NCBI GenBank assembly: GCA_951406725.2
Contig: OX597832.1
Coordinates: 22,940,001 to 23,004,000, forward strand
Length of the DNA: 64,000 bases
From: Octopus vulgaris
Taxonomy: Eukaryota
Reading direction: 5' to 3'
A program made the position numbers and the translations under genes. Below are positions 41,755 to 57,423 of the stretch, in pieces (position 1 is the first letter of the stretch; every line of letters starts with the position of its first letter). The notes below the pieces were generated by a model. The model searched no databases, was not told the origin of the DNA, and saw nothing but the letters and a program-made list of their open reading frames with translations.

Positions 41755-42200
41755 TCATGGCGGCACAGTGTCGTGCGACAAGCGGTTTCTACACGTGGAT
41801 GCGTTGCGAACAGCGAAATGTATATTCAGACACACAAAATCTTTCGAGAAGCCAGTAAGACAAAGAGAACGAGGAAAAATCTGAAAACCATCCTCATTCA
41901 CCATGTCAGTGCGTGGTCCTTTTATTTTTGGCAACAAAACAGAAAATCGAGATTTTGAGTTGGTCACTGGTACCTTATATAGTGTTCGGCTCGGATATGT
42001 CTTTCTCCAAATTTTGTCGGTCCAGTTCAATGAAGGAGAGCCTTAGGGGATAACGATCTCATAATGCAGACGCGGTGAAATGGGTGATGAATGGGCGAGG
42101 AAAACAGTCATGCGCGATATTTCTAGGAAGTGGATTAGAAATCAGCGTTCGATGCCCCGCTTTTGGTAAAAACCCTTGTTGGCTAGTACATTTCGATAGA
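41755..42200 (+). mobile_element. Degenerate mariner catalytic-domain fragment
   Basis: VANSEMY..KTKRTRKNLKTILIHHVSA (cf. TVNSE.Y..ILLHHDNA), MKESLRG*RSHNADAVK. Confidence 0.55.
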
Positions 42201-42600
42201 GGATGAGGAGCTCAACCAGAGTGCACAATTTCAACGATGTGTATCAGTTAATAAAAAAGAAATATATGATGTATTCTCTGTTGCATTAATTTCAGTGTAA
42301 CACGTGTTTTATTCTGAGTACAAAGAAATAGAGACATGTAAAATAGCCTAAACATACAAACAAAAACATACTGTTCTATCCCACTCCGCACGCCGGCAAG
42401 GCCAGACAGATGCATTCAGGTATGTAAAGCGTAATATTAGTTGCCACTTCAGGCTGTCTGTTCCATAGGGAACAATGTTACGACATTTTAAGCCCAGGTA
42501 AAAATCTTTCGAACAGCCATGCTGAAGTGTCAACAGACATTATGTTTTTGCGTCGTTACTACTTGTATCTCTTTTAGAGATTTTAAAACTAGCTACTTTC

Positions 42601-42685
<85 letters not shown>

Positions 42686-42819
42686 ATTTACATATATATA
42701 TATATATATATATATATAAGAGAGAGAGAGAGAGAGAGAGATAGATAGATAGACAGATATATACATATGTTCGTAAATGTATATATATGTGTATATAAAT
42801 ATACATATGTATATGTATA

Positions 42820-42969
42820 TGTGGCTGTGTGGTAAGTAGCTTGTTACCAACCACTTAGTTCAGCGTTCAATCCCACTGCGTGGCGCCTTGGGCAGGTGTC
42901 TTCTACTATAACCTCGGGCCGACCAAAACATTGCGAGTGGATTTTCACGGAAACTGAAAGAAGCTCGTC

Positions 42970-42975
<6 letters not shown>
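42820..42975 (+). mobile_element. Family B SINE head
   Basis: gtggctgtgtggtaagtagcttg..ccttgggcaggtgtcttctactata. Confidence 0.85.
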
Positions 42976-43039
<64 letters not shown>

Positions 43040-43219
43040 GGATAATAAAACGAATGGTTTATACCTGGTAGCTTACTCGTAATGCACGGTCACTTTCACA
43101 GTGATCGTTAGGTATATAGCAAATGAAAGACAGAAGATGGAATATACGAGATGTAAAACGCATTCATAAATACCAACTACGACCAATTTGCAGTAGCAGA
43201 GTTAATTATGATACAGCTA

Positions 43220-43425
43220 TATGTGACCACGTGTGTATCGTTGGCGATTTTCTTTCTCCGTCTTCCCTTCATTGGACCTTTCCCTTTTCTATGTTTCTGA
43301 CGAAGAGCTCCGCTCAAAACGTTAAATACTCCTTCTTTCTTTTCTTTCCTAAGCGTCCAATAACGCTATGCTTGTTCCACGTCCTCACGTTGTTGTATTT
43401 TCTCTTTATGCATGTTTGGCTTAAC
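43220..43425 (+). mobile_element. pLTR-like repeat with minimal hammerhead motif
   Basis: ttt-CTGACGA-a-GAGC tcc GCTC-aAAACGTT-aaa at about 43293-43326 (G12 mutated); palindromic aacgtt stem III. Confidence 0.55.
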
Positions 43426-43505
43426 TATAATATATATACGTATATATGTATGCATGTATATGTATATGTATGTATTTATGTATGTATGTGTACATGTATG
43501 TTTGC

Positions 43506-43544
<39 letters not shown>

Positions 43545-43580
43545 ATAGCAAACATACATGTACATATATATATGTAAGAA

Positions 43581-43669
<89 letters not shown>

Positions 43670-43694
43670 GTGTGTGTGTGTGTGTGTGTATGAA

Positions 43695-43755
<61 letters not shown>

Positions 43756-44403
43756 AAGATATATATATTGTATGCGAAAAACTTGCAGTGAATAGCTATT
43801 TTGTATACGCGTATTCTGAGTTAATAATTCTGTATTAAATGTCTATATTTCTAAACAACATAAATCATTTATGTGCTAAAATATTTGATTCATATATAGA
43901 TCCGCGCTTTTATTAGAGTTTCCTCCCATCTTTATCGCCTTTGTGACCACATCTTCAGCAATTGTAATTCTTTGTAACTACAAACCTCACGATGCACCTA
44001 AATAAAACTACATTATAAAGCCTACTTCCAAATAGCCTTTGTCTTCTTTATCGACAATTCCACATTGTATATCATGTCTATACTTTTCTATTGCGTAAAA
44101 TACAACCTATCTGTTGCTTTAAAATTCTTCTCTGAGTTTTAACACTCGAATACTTCTATCGCTAAGATATATCCATAGATTTATCACAAGTCTATAACTG
44201 ATGTTGCTATAAGTAAAATCACTTGTAATATATCTCAGTATTTTCAACGATTTACATTGGTATTTTCAAATACCCAAATGCTAGAAATGTGGACATAATT
44301 GCCAGTACTTTAAGCTTCAACATATCGAATTTTAATTCGTTGCTATATTGTAAAATAATATACATATATACATACAAGAACACATATGCACACACACACA
44401 CAC

Positions 44404-44453
<50 letters not shown>

Positions 44454-44887
44454 TCCTGTCACAGATTGTTCCTCCAGCGTTCGCCAACTTACCTCGCATG
44501 GCCTAACAGCCCTCACTGTTTCTTTTCACTGTTATGTTTTTGTTACCAACTTTGACCCTCCACAAATCCCAAATTTTAATTTTGGTTCGCGGGATCAACT
44601 GTTCTCTCAAAGGCTCATATTGTCGGGAAATGCTCGAAATGTGGAGTTGATAAACAGCCGACAGCTGACGAAGAAGAGTCGTTTTCTATGTTACTTGGGT
44701 TGTTTTCCATTTGTTTCTCTCGTTGTTCGCAAAAATAGCTTGTCTTCGTATTTCATGTTGATTTCGTATTTCGTATTTCATTTGTTTTTTTTTTTTTTCA
44801 TTTCATGTTATTTACGTTTTGTGACGTCTGTACCTATATATGCAGATATATATATATATATATTTACATATATGGATGTATATTTGA

Positions 44888-44926
<39 letters not shown>

Positions 44927-45111
44927 ATTTATATATATATATGCTATATTGTATTTATATATATATATGCTATGTGTATATATATATGTATGTATGTATA
45001 TAGTACATAGCATATATATATATACAATATATATATATATATACATACATATATGTAAATACATATATACATACTATATACAAATATTTATATATATATA
45101 TATATATACAT

Positions 45112-45177
<66 letters not shown>

Positions 45178-46103
45178 TTTCTTAGAAGAGGATGCGTGGC
45201 ATTCAATCATATAATAACGTAAATAATATTTATATGCATATATACATACGTATATGTACATACTTACATCTATATATATATATATATATACATTCATACA
45301 TTCATACATGCTTACATACATGCATGCATACTTAGACATATACATACATGCACACGTGCATACACACATAAATCCGTACATACATATATATATATACATA
45401 CATAAATCATCTGTTGGTTAAATTGAAAATTGTAGTGTAAATTATAGCTGTACTTATAACAACACTTCGACTATTGCAATTAAGTAAGAACATGCTTAAA
45501 CAACAGTTTTATCTGTTAATTAACAGAAAAAAATACCATTACGTTTAGCGATGAGTCTTTCACATGAAAGCAATCAAAAAGTTTCTGAAATTGTTTAATC
45601 CACGGGAAATTAAAGATAACAGAGATAATTAAATGATCAGATTTAATGAGATTTTTGTGCACTTATTTTCAGTAGACGCAACGATTCTAAAATCGTGGGA
45701 GTATTTTTTCATTAAGATGTTCAGAGTACCAATTAAAATTTATTTAGGGTATCAGTAATTGAATATTTTATTAATTAGTTCAAAAATAAATTAAGCTGAT
45801 TACTAACAAGTGTACTTTTATTCCGTTATGGCCTGCCACCTAATCAGTGTCGTGGTTTGTTTTTCAGATTACAAGCAGGTTATGTTATCATCATTGTGAG
45901 TTCACTGAGCGAGTACTTGTTTCCTTGAAGATATATTTACATATATATATATATATATAAATATATCTTAGTGTGTGCATGCCCCCATGTGTGTGAGTGT
46001 GTGCGTAATTGTACGTATATATATATATATGTGTGTGTATGTGTGTATGTATGTATGTATGTATGTATGTATGTATGTATGTATGTACGTATGTATGTAT
46101 GTA

Positions 46104-46295
46104 TGCCATGCTTGATCGCTAAGTCCAAGAGTTTTGTTATTCTATGTTCATTTTCTCTTTATAGCTTTCTGTTGAAGAGCATAGGCTTGAAACGTGAAAG
46201 ACTTTCTCATATTTCCAAGCGTCAAACTAATACACCTGCTTGTTGTTCATACATTTATGTTCGTCTGTTGTTTTTCTGCAAGTTTCAACTATTTA
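46104..46295 (+). mobile_element. Family H1 pLTR-like repeat with hammerhead-like motif
   Basis: cttt-CTGTTGA-a-GAGC atag GCTT-GAAACGTG-aaag at 46165-46200. Confidence 0.6.
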
Positions 46296-46419
46296 TATAC
46301 ACACATATATATATGCATGTATGTATTGATGTATGTATATAACTGAGTATATATATACATATTATATACGTATATACGTATATATATGCGTATATATATG
46401 TATATATATATATGTACAT

Positions 46420-46460
<41 letters not shown>

Positions 46461-46559
46461 TATAATGTATATATACAATTTTACTGAGGTTACTCTCTCT
46501 CTCCTTCTCTCTTTCTATTTAGACTTATTTAATATGACTGGTCTGCAATACGAAAGGAA

Positions 46560-47800
46560 AAATAAAACTTTAGAAAATATATGCCAAATATCCAGAGAGA
46601 TATTTGCGTCTAGAAAACCGCTCCATGTTGGTCATCGTCTTTGCGATCGAAACCTGAAGACCTTTCAGGCTCCTGCCACTGAATCATGGAGACTTAGAAT
46701 TCTGCTTTATTTCAACAGCAATGTCAGCTGACCTGAACAATGACAAACGCTAGCTACCTTCTAGCTAGCAATGCTGAACGTCGATCTTATAACACCAGTA
46801 AAGCCTGGTGTTATATGAAAGAGTTACGAAGAAACACTTTGCATCCATAAAGTCTGGGATGCCATGTAAATACAATTGATGAAGAAGTACTACCTCACAT
46901 TAAGACCTATCAATGAGAGACACATGACTGTACCAGTTTATGTAGAAAATTCCATAATGCAGATCTCCACCTACGTACACAGTATGCAGATGAAGGAGCG
47001 TAGAATATCTTTCAACGTCATTTCAATACCAACCGCTCTCATATAGCAAGAAGAAACAAAGTCGATTTACTTGAATCTTTCAATACAAGATGCAAGAAAT
47101 AAAACGAGTTATAGAAAAAATGAAAATCATCATCGTAAAAAAAAGACAAATGATTTGAGCCTGCAATGCAAATAGGTTTTGCCTATTCGTATTGAATATA
47201 GTTCCTGCTTCTAAAAATCCCTGTGGATGTATCCTAGCACCATGGAGTGACACGCTATTGATCCTGGAGTGACACGTTATTGATCAGCACTCGGCTGCGC
47301 GCGAAGAAGAATATTCTCATCAGAGCGAAAGGTATAAGCGTAATGAATTAATGAAGAGAAATTGCTTCATCTTCAGTCGACAGGGTCCACCCGTCAAAAG
47401 CTACATATGTACCTCATAAGCTTATCTCAAAAACAAATCAACATTTTGAATGGTCAAGGCAAATGCCTCACTGAAGATTTCCAAGAAAAGAATTGTACGA
47501 ATGATGGATCGCTGAAACAGCATCGACAAATCAACGAGGAAAAACGAACTCTTGGCTTTGGGGAAATGAAATTTAGAATGAAATTTAGTCTGATGCCAAT
47601 TACGAAGGAATCTCAGATTTCAACAGAGCATAAAGAAGCAGTCACCTTTTCGCTGAAGAAAATCCAACATCGAAAGACAAGAAAATCCATTTTCAGGAAA
47701 TCGAGTGGAAAATCAGGAAAATCAAATCATGGATATTCTGAACATTTGGAAACTTTCCCCATTTCTTATCAGACCCAAGAAAATACTCTGTTACAGAGTA
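46560..47800 (+). mobile_element. Degenerate RTE-clade LINE, AP-endonuclease region
   Basis: LRPINERHMT (cf. P.SERLM), ISTY (cf. ISAYAPT), WMYPSTME*HAID (cf. WMHPRSK.WH.ID), SEHLE (cf. W.EHF); many stops and frameshifts. Confidence 0.65.
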
Positions 47801-47842
47801 AATTGTGTATGTATCTATGTATATAAGTATGTATTTACGTGT

Positions 47843-48260
<418 letters not shown>

Positions 48261-48311
48261 AGCAGTCATTGATACATACCAGTCTCCTGTCTCCACACCA
48301 CTGGTGTTGTC

Positions 48312-48503
48312 CAAGGGCTACACACAGAGGGAATAAACAAAGACAGACAAACAGATTAAGTTGAGTATATCGACCCCAGTGCGTAACTGGTACTTATTTA
48401 ATCGACCCCGAAAGGATGAAAGGCAAAGTCGACCTCGGCGGAATTTGAACTCAGAACTAAGCATTCCATCCGGCGTGTTAACCATTCTGCCAACTCGCCG
48501 CTT
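48312..48503 (-). mobile_element. Family A SINE (internally deleted)
   Basis: gaccccgaaaggatgaaaggcaaagtcgacctcggcggaatttgaactcagaac on the plus strand. Confidence 0.88.
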
Positions 48504-48552
48504 TAATGATGATAATAATAATAATAATTATAATAACAATGATGATGATGAT

Positions 48553-48585
<33 letters not shown>

Positions 48586-48592
48586 AACAAAC

Positions 48593-48628
<36 letters not shown>

Positions 48629-49233
48629 TATAATACGAAACAGCGTCTGAAGTACTTTGAATATAAACGGCTTGATGAGTCGTACTCTTTACACTATCTG
48701 GGCTGTTCAGAGCAGAACGATCTTCTGTACTGCATATATGTTAATGTTACCAGCTATATGGTTGTTGATTTCGATCTTTGTGCATGATTAGAATATTTCT
48801 GACATTTACGGAGGTTTTTCTTTAGAATGAATAGCATTCTTATGTCAATAAATATTCCCCTATTATCCAGCTTGCCTCTGATGGCAGTGCATTGATATTA
48901 GCATACTTCGTTGTTGTGCTTACAACAAAATACATCAATTCCAACAACTGTACTGAAATTAAGAGAAGTATCTGCAAATCATCAAAAAGGGATGAAGTGG
49001 AGAAATGATGACTAATTAATATGTAAGAAACGAAAAAGAAAATGAACGGCAAATAAATGTAGAGAAGAGAGAAGGGTAAGAACAAGCGGCTTAAAGCAAC
49101 AACGCGGGATTATTATGGTATACTCCATCGACTTAAAGGATTAAAATGCCAAGTAATTACATTTGAATTAATGAGCTCTAAAATCGTTAAGAATATATCG
49201 ATCATTTCACACTATGCATCCATCTAGCCATCC

Positions 49234-49409
<176 letters not shown>

Positions 49410-49839
49410 AGAGAGAGAGATGGGGGAGTGAGGTAGTTGGATGGATAACAGGGTATTTGTTTAAGCGCTGCTTATGGAGAGGTCCCTTAAGTAGATTTTT
49501 ATTTATTATAGCAAGATGAATGAATCCCCACCAAAACAAAAAAAAAAAAGACATCAAATTCTCAAAAGAACTTAATTCTTTGAATTTACGATGCAAAACT
49601 CTTTCCATATCGTTTGTTTATGATGATTTACGTCCGATGAATTCGTGTTTTCTGGCAAGGGACTACGCCATGAAAAAAGTGTGGGTACAGCTGGGTCTGT
49701 TGTAATCGAATTCGTTCGGAAGATTAACCATTTGTTTTCCGCTAAATAAATAAATAATGCCGGAATTAATGATTCTGAAATTATCTTTAATTCTTTTGCT
49801 TTGTGTATTTTTCAGTTAAGTTAAACGTAAATACTCATG

Positions 49840-50004
49840 TAGAGGCCCCGCTATTTTATATTATTTTATACTTCATTTAAACTGAAAATAAAATGGGGAT
49901 AGGGTTTATACATGGGGCAAAGCTAGAACTAAAAAATGTACCACGAATTAATGCTAAAGAGTTTGATTTAAACATGAGTGTGACATATAGTCCGGGAAGT
50001 ACGG
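49840..50004. mobile_element. Possible pogo/Tc2-type MITE remnant
   Basis: Right end gacatatagtccgggaagtacgg resembles CCGTA..CGGACTATAAG-type TIRs; left TIR not found. Confidence 0.35.
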
Positions 50005-50039
50005 CACATCTTCCTATTTGACGTTGATATAATTTTTTA

Positions 50040-50440
50040 TAGGCGCAAGCGTGGCTGTGTGGTAAGCAGCTTCCTTCAGAACCATATAGTTTAGAGATCC
50101 ACTACGTGACCCCTTATGTGACTCTCTTCTACTAAAGATCCCTGGATGAACAAAGCCTTGTAAGTGGATTTGGTAGACGGAAACTGAAGCAAACCCGCCA
50201 TATATACGTGTGTGTGTGTATGTGTGTATGTGTGTGTGTGTGTTTTGTGTTTGGCTCTGTCTCAACGCCACCGCTTGACAATCGGTCGTGCTATGTTTAT
50301 GTCCCCGTAAGCTAGCGGTTCGGCAAAATACACCGACAGAATAAGTACCAGGCTTTAAAAATTAAGTACTGGGGCTAAAAACTCTTCAACTTGATTCCAG
50401 AACAGGTTCATAGTCTAATGACTGAATCAAGTAAACGATA
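50040..50440 (+). mobile_element. Family B SINE
   Basis: aggcgcaagcgtggctgtgtggtaag head through taatgactgaatcaagtaaa tail. Confidence 0.88.
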
Positions 50441-50648
50441 ACATATATATCCCTTGAGTTCTCATTTCTTTCTCGCCTCCTAAAACTAGTGTGGCCGATG
50501 AAGTCTATATTCTGCACTTTGATGCAAAGGAGGAAAATCGCTTGGGTGCGAATTACAGGGTTGTATTCTTAAGAAACATTGGAACAAGCGTTCTCTGTAC
50601 GTAAGTTTTCAAACAGGGGAGATAAGCACTTCCACTCAGGGAAGCTAG

Positions 50649-50700
50649 CATTCAGAGACTAGTTTCAGTGTTACTACTCTTCATCAGTCTGGAGTACTCA
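50649..50700 (-). ncRNA. Type-I hammerhead ribozyme (minimal, stem II closing pair lost)
   Basis: Minus strand: tccaga-CTGATGA-ag-agt agtaac act-GAAAC ta GTC-tctgaa; palindromic actagt stem III; GUC triplet. Confidence 0.65.
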
Positions 50701-51029
50701 GATTTGTTTTGGCAGCCGTAACTTTGCGGTTCGAGAAAAATAGTCGACAGAATAAGTACCAATTTGACTAAAACATGCTCAGGCGGTTTCCTTATTGAAA
50801 AAGTAAATGATAAAAGATATGTGTGTGTGTGCATAAGTGTGTATTTTTATGTGTACCCAACGTGTGTGTATTCGTATATGTGTGTATGCGTATGTGTGTT
50901 CGTATGAGTGTTTGTGAATGCATTATTTACACACATTTCCCCGTTTACAGATCATTTCAAAGATTACATATAACACCATAAATCAGCAATTCAAAATCTT
51001 CTTCTGTTGATTTCGTCGTGTCGTGGTAC

Positions 51030-51383
51030 TCTGTCGGTTACGACGACGAGGGTTCCAGTCGATTCGATCTACGGAACAGCCTGCTCTTGAAATTAACGTT
51101 CCAGTGGCTGAGCACTCCATAGACACATGTACTCTTAACGTAGTTCTTGAGTGAGTTGCAGCGTGACAGAGGATGTGACAGGGCTGGCCCTTTGAAATAC
51201 GGGTGCAACACAAACAGGAAGAAAGAGTGAGAGAAAGGTGTAGTGAAAGAGTACAAGCAGGAGCCTCGTGGAGCTTAAGGTATTTTCGCTCAATAAGCAC
51301 TCACAACGTCCGGCCTGAGAATCGAAACCGCGATCCGGCGCCCGCGCGTCCGCTACCCTAACCACTGAGCCATTGCGCCTCCA
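51030..51383 (-). mobile_element. Family C SINE with tail Y
   Basis: Colinear with 32125-32505. Confidence 0.9.
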
Positions 51384-51821
51384 CAATTTGGACTTCGTCT
51401 TTCGAGAAGGATGGAAGCGTATAAAACTGCTTACGATGGAGGCGTAATGAAAATTTGCAGAGTTTGAAGAAGTTATGCCATATGTGGCATACTCTGATGA
51501 GTTTTCAATTGAAAACAATTTTCTGAACCAGACGAGAAATTGCCATAATGTTGAACGAGCTTGTCAAATTCAACTGTTATGTTGCTGCAACACAAATATT
51601 TGTTTAACTAGCTCAGCTGTAAATAATTTGTCTGAATGAGTGAAAGGTTGTGTGCGTTGATCTTTGCTTGCTTTGTGTTGTAAGTTTGCGATAATATCGG
51701 ATTGGTTTAATTGTCCAACGTCTATAGTAAAGGTTAGGTGTGTACGTGCGTGAGAGGAGAACGTGGCAGAGACAGTTGTATGGGTAGAATGACACACCGA
51801 GTGATAGGAAGATAGGTAGAG

Positions 51822-51822
51822 T

Positions 51823-51860
<38 letters not shown>

Positions 51861-51861
51861 C

Positions 51862-51918
<57 letters not shown>

Positions 51919-51954
51919 TATAGATATATAGATAGATAGATAGATAGGCAGATG

Positions 51955-52004
<50 letters not shown>

Positions 52005-52038
52005 CAGATAGATAGATAGATAAATAGATAGGCAGATG

Positions 52039-52097
<59 letters not shown>
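51822..52097. repeat. (GATA)n array
   Basis: Directly visible. Confidence 0.98.
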
Positions 52098-52189
52098 TGA
52101 TGAGTGCAGTTATACTAGGGAATACAAACATTGCAGCAGAACGGAAACGGATTGTGTGTGCGTGTGTCTACATATATATATATGTATAT

Positions 52190-52555
52190 ATAGGTGCAGG
52201 AGTGGCTGTGTGGTAAGTAGCTTGCTTACCAAACACACGGTTACGGATTCAGTCCCACTGCGTGACACCTTCGGCAAGCGTCTTCTACTATAGCTTCGGG
52301 TTGACTAAAGCCTTGTGAGTGGATTTGGTAGACAGAAACTGAAAGAAACCCGTCGTTTATATTTATATATGTTTGTGTGAGTGTGTGTGTGTGTGTGTGT
52401 ACGCTTGATATCGATGTTGGTGTGTCCGATATTGGAGTCCCCGTAACTTAGCAGTTCGGCAAAAGAATCCGACAGAATTACAAAGAATACGTCTTAGAGT
52501 CGATTTGCTCCAACATGACCGCAGAGCTTAGGACTGAAACAATTAAAGGATAAAA
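52190..52555 (+). mobile_element. Family B SINE
   Basis: taggtgcaggagtggctgtgtggtaagtagc head. Confidence 0.88.
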
Positions 52556-52600
52556 CATGTGTGTGTGTTTAAGTCTCTGCGCTTGTGTTTGAGTATGTAT

Positions 52601-52785
52601 AAGGCGCATGGCTGTGTGATTAGAACGTCGAGATCACAATCATGAGGCAGTGAGTTCAATTTCCTGACCGGGGCTTGTGTGTTCTTTAGACGATCACTTT
52701 ATTTCACATTACTCTATAGAAAATGAGTTGCGACATCACCGGTGCCAAGGTGTACTGTCCACTCTGCCTTTCACTTGGACAAATA
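52601..52785 (+). mobile_element. Diverged family D SINE
   Basis: aaggcgcatggct..gagttcaattt..cactttatttcac..aaatgagttg. Confidence 0.65.
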
Positions 52786-53354
52786 GAGTCTTTACCATTT
52801 ACACCATTTAATACATACACACACACAAACACACACACACATTTCCATTGCAAAAAACAAACACTTAATGCTCTTAGCTTAGCTTTGATGGGTCATCACA
52901 CACCACGCACGATCCTTGGTATATCATTCCAGTGTCAACCTAGAGGGAGGGATTTCTACAAATGGAAGGGTTAGCCAGTAGCTATTTCATAAAGCTATGC
53001 AAATGCCTCGAGCTAAACAAATGCCTGAGGCTATTCACCATTCCTGAAGCTTTTGCGTATCAAATTCTATACAAAATTTGCTACGAAAAGAAACAATCTT
53101 ATCTTATTTTTTCTGTAAAACCCGATTTAAATATCAAGAAGAATATTGCGCGTCCTTTTACTATTTATAATTGCTTCATCAGGCAATAGAATGTGTACAC
53201 TCTACTATTCTACATAATTCTTCAAAAATCTTAGAGCTAATGTTGTTACACTATTGTGTAGATGGCCAGGATCATTTCCTGACTGGAACACTGGGACATG
53301 TATGGGATCATGATGGGTTTAAACTTTGGTACAATGCCAGCAGGTTTGGGAAAA

Positions 53355-53712
53355 GGGATAAGCCGATTAAAATCAGCCCAGTGTTCAACTGGTAATTATT
53401 TTATCGAACCTGAGAGAATGAAAAGCAAAGCCTCTCTTGGTGGAATTTGAACTCCGAACATATAGACGGGTAAAATACCTATTTCTTTACTACCCACAAG
53501 GAGCTAAACACATAGGAGACAAACAAGGACAGACAAACGAATTAATTCGATTATATCGACCCCAGTGCGTGACTGGTACTTAATTTATCGACCCCGAAAG
53601 GATGAAAGGCAAAGTCGACCACGGCAGAAATTGAACTCAGAACGTAACGGCAGACGAATTTCGGCTACGCATTTCGCCCGGCGTGCTAACGTTTCTGCCA
53701 ACTCGCCGCCTT
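53355..53712 (-). mobile_element. Family A SINE with tandem second 3' unit
   Basis: Full unit 53478-53712 followed, via aaagaaataggtattt, by a second diverged B-box/core unit. Confidence 0.88.
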
Positions 53713-54815
53713 TCCCTAATGTCATATATTCATAGGAAAGACAAGCTACACTTCGTACGCTGTATTGAATCCTCATGTAGTTGTTCTTTTTTTATATTCC
53801 TCGTCGAATCTAAGTCAAGCTGCTTTTTGTTTAGTCATGTCTTCATTTTACTACAGTTTTTCTTCTCAGACAACATTAGCAGATATCGACTATGTATCAG
53901 CTGTGAACTCACTGTAAAAATATATATTGATTTATCTTGTAATTGTTGACGTCGATGAAAATCTAGGAATGCTTGCATGACGCAATATGCATATAAACTT
54001 CAATGATAGCAAAATTATCAAATTATAAAATCTATTCCTCATTATGGAAGATTTTCCCCTCCACAAATAGGAACGATATGATTAAACATACCTACAGCAA
54101 AATCTTTTGTGTAATCTGGTTGATTTTATGTCTCATGTCCAAACTTGCAGTATTTTCTGACTTAAATTCAAAATTGGTGGACCAGTTTAGCTGCAATTTT
54201 TAATATGATCCTAGATATTGATCCTTTCGGGGTCGATTAAATAATTAAATAAGTAATCAAATAGGAACATTTGAGTTTGTGAAAATTTTTTAAGTGATAC
54301 AGCAAAATATATTTCATTTTTGAACTCAGCATCCCAAATTACCGGGAAACTTGTCTCCAACACCAGGCATCAAAAATCAATCCCCACAACCACCAATCTA
54401 TACCTCAATGAAATATATAAACTAAATATGATTGTTGATTGCCATATCATGGATATCAGACTGGAACTGATGGCTTGTCTTGAAACAATATACATGTTTT
54501 AGCACTAATGAATGTGATACTAGCCGTCAGGGAAACCTGTTATATGGCGGGAAAAAATTCGCACCTGACTACACATTCACATGTATACACACATACATTC
54601 ATTCATACACGAACACACACACACACACAAACTAACACGCATACATGCACACATTTCTTTTTGTTTTATATACATACATGTATATATATATATATATATA
54701 CATGTGTGTCTATATATATACATACATATACATACATATATATATATATACATGTATATATATATATAAATGTATATATATATATATGAATGAGTGTCTA
54801 TATATATACATAAAT

Positions 54816-54861
<46 letters not shown>

Positions 54862-54906
54862 ATATATAAATGTATATATATATATATATATACATATATA
54901 TACATG

Positions 54907-54950
<44 letters not shown>

Positions 54951-55233
54951 CCAAACAGTGTGATACGTGAGGCGAGAGAAGTCATATACGTTACACCTCG
55001 ATAAGCAGTGTTCTGTGGCTAGTTAAAATTAATGGCGAAGTCAACCAAATTTTGTGTTAATGAAGTTACTGAAAGAGAGATTATTGAATGTGGAATATAA
55101 AGAGAATATGGATCAAATTTCATAGGCGCAGTTGTTTTTGTATGTTAACAAGTTTGCATCCCAACCACATGGTTCTGGGTTCAGTCCCTCTTCGTGGGCC
55201 CTTGGATGACTTTCTATTTTTTTTTTTTTTTTG

Positions 55234-55295
<62 letters not shown>

Positions 55296-55724
55296 GTGTA
55301 TGTATGTATCTGTTTGTCTATATGTCTATCTGTCTATCTATGATAGCCGGTTTTGGTGCCCCACCATGGCTGCAGTCTAGTGGTACAGCGCACGCCCTCA
55401 AACTACAAAACTACATACACATGTGCATATATATGCATGTATGTATACGTAAAAACAAACACTTAATGCAAGCACATACATATGCAAATATATAAACATT
55501 AAACTACTGAAACATATTAAAACTTGCAACTAACTATTTTGCCAGGCTTCCTTGCTCATTGCCCGAAACATAAATATCTACACATATACATGCATAGACG
55601 CATGCATACATACTTATACAATAAATTATCTCCCACGTTTATATATATATATATATATATGTACAAATACACACATATAAATATATATGCATATACAACT
55701 GTATACATACTCACACGCATATAC

Positions 55725-55767
<43 letters not shown>

Positions 55768-55911
55768 TATATATCGTATGATATATTACATATAATATAT
55801 ACACATGCATATAAATAATATATTTATACATATAGACATATTAAAAAAAAACAAACAAAACACACACAAATACACACACACAAACACACACACACACACA
55901 CACACACAAAT

Positions 55912-55943
<32 letters not shown>

Positions 55944-56334
55944 GATTTGGTGTGAAATTCTAGTGCGCAAAGTGAAATATATATCAAAACTTTTTACACG
56001 AAGCAATATAGTTTTTCTACTCCATTTTCCACACACATCTCTTATATGTATCGGACTCTTTCCCGGACCAAAATTAATTTGATCAACAATTTATTAGTCC
56101 ATGTCATACGATCCATGGGTTAACTGCATACATATTCTATGAATGAGTAATATAACATATTCTATTCAATTTATTTCCTCTTGATAATTATTTTCCCTAT
56201 AAACTCGAATAACATCTACTGATATTTCATTAAATCACGCTGATAGACGTTCCATTCCCTAAATGGTTTCTTTTTCTAAGAGTATTTTATGTCGATGTAA
56301 CCCTATATAACGTAGTGTCATGTCCACAGCGACC

Positions 56335-56353
56335 ATTATTATTATTATTATTA

Positions 56354-56420
<67 letters not shown>

Positions 56421-56433
56421 TATTATTATTATT
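56335..56433. repeat. (ATT)n microsatellite
   Basis: Directly visible. Confidence 0.98.
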
Positions 56434-56617
56434 CAAAGCCATTACATGCTAATTTAATTCGGAGAGATATTATTCTGACGTTCGGTGACAAGTCTCCTAG
56501 AATATCGAGAACGTTCATGAAGATACTTGCAGAGTATAAGATTGCGTATTCCTACTAGTTGACTGTCATGTTTCGATCCCAACATCCTCCAGCTTCTTTG
56601 CTAGCCTTTTGGATGAT

Positions 56618-56775
56618 GGGCGAAATGCTTAACAGTAGTTCGTCTGCCGCTACGTTCTGAGTTCAAATTCCGCCGAGGTCAATTTTGCCTTTCATCCTTC
56701 CGGGGTCGATTAAATAAGTACCAGTTAGGCACTGGCGTCGATGTAATCGACTTAATCCGTTTGTCTGTCCTTGTA
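56618..56775 (+). mobile_element. Family A SINE, truncated
   Basis: B-box and core present. Confidence 0.85.
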
Positions 56776-56944
56776 CACGCGTATTCATACATGCATATGT
56801 ATGTATGTATGTGTGTATGTATATGATTTTAAAGATTGTAGGTGGCACACGAGTGGGCATATATTTGTAAAAGAGAAGTTTGAAAACGCCACTATATAAG
56901 ATACATTATAGAGAGAGAGAGTGTGTGTGGAAGAGAGGGAAGGA

Positions 56945-57092
<148 letters not shown>

Positions 57093-57423
57093 AAGAATGT
57101 GTATGAGTTTATGAAGGCGAGATATTTTTTCTGTCTTTTGCAAACATTGCAAAATATTAGTTGCACGATGAGCGAAGCTAACAAACTTCATTGAAAGCTG
57201 ATAGGTTCACTAAACATGTTGATAAATACACTCTATGTAATCTAGGAGGAAATTGATGCTGCATTTGATATGTAAAGGTATCCAATTTAGCCTTGACGGC
57301 ATCTCTGAATTAAAGCACCACGATAAAGTGGGAGAACGTCGCAGAGAAGATAAGGCTGGGCGAGAGTGAAGGAGGAAGGACAGGAGAAGCCATTAGTTGC
57401 TAGATTTGCAATGTTGAAAGTTC

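Noticed and set aside
48840-49085. 81-aa ORF with acceptor-like sites
   Set aside because: No recognisable homology or convincing exon structure.
51495-51520. CTGATGA followed by gttttcaattgaaaac hairpin
   Set aside because: No GAAA after the stem and no stem III.
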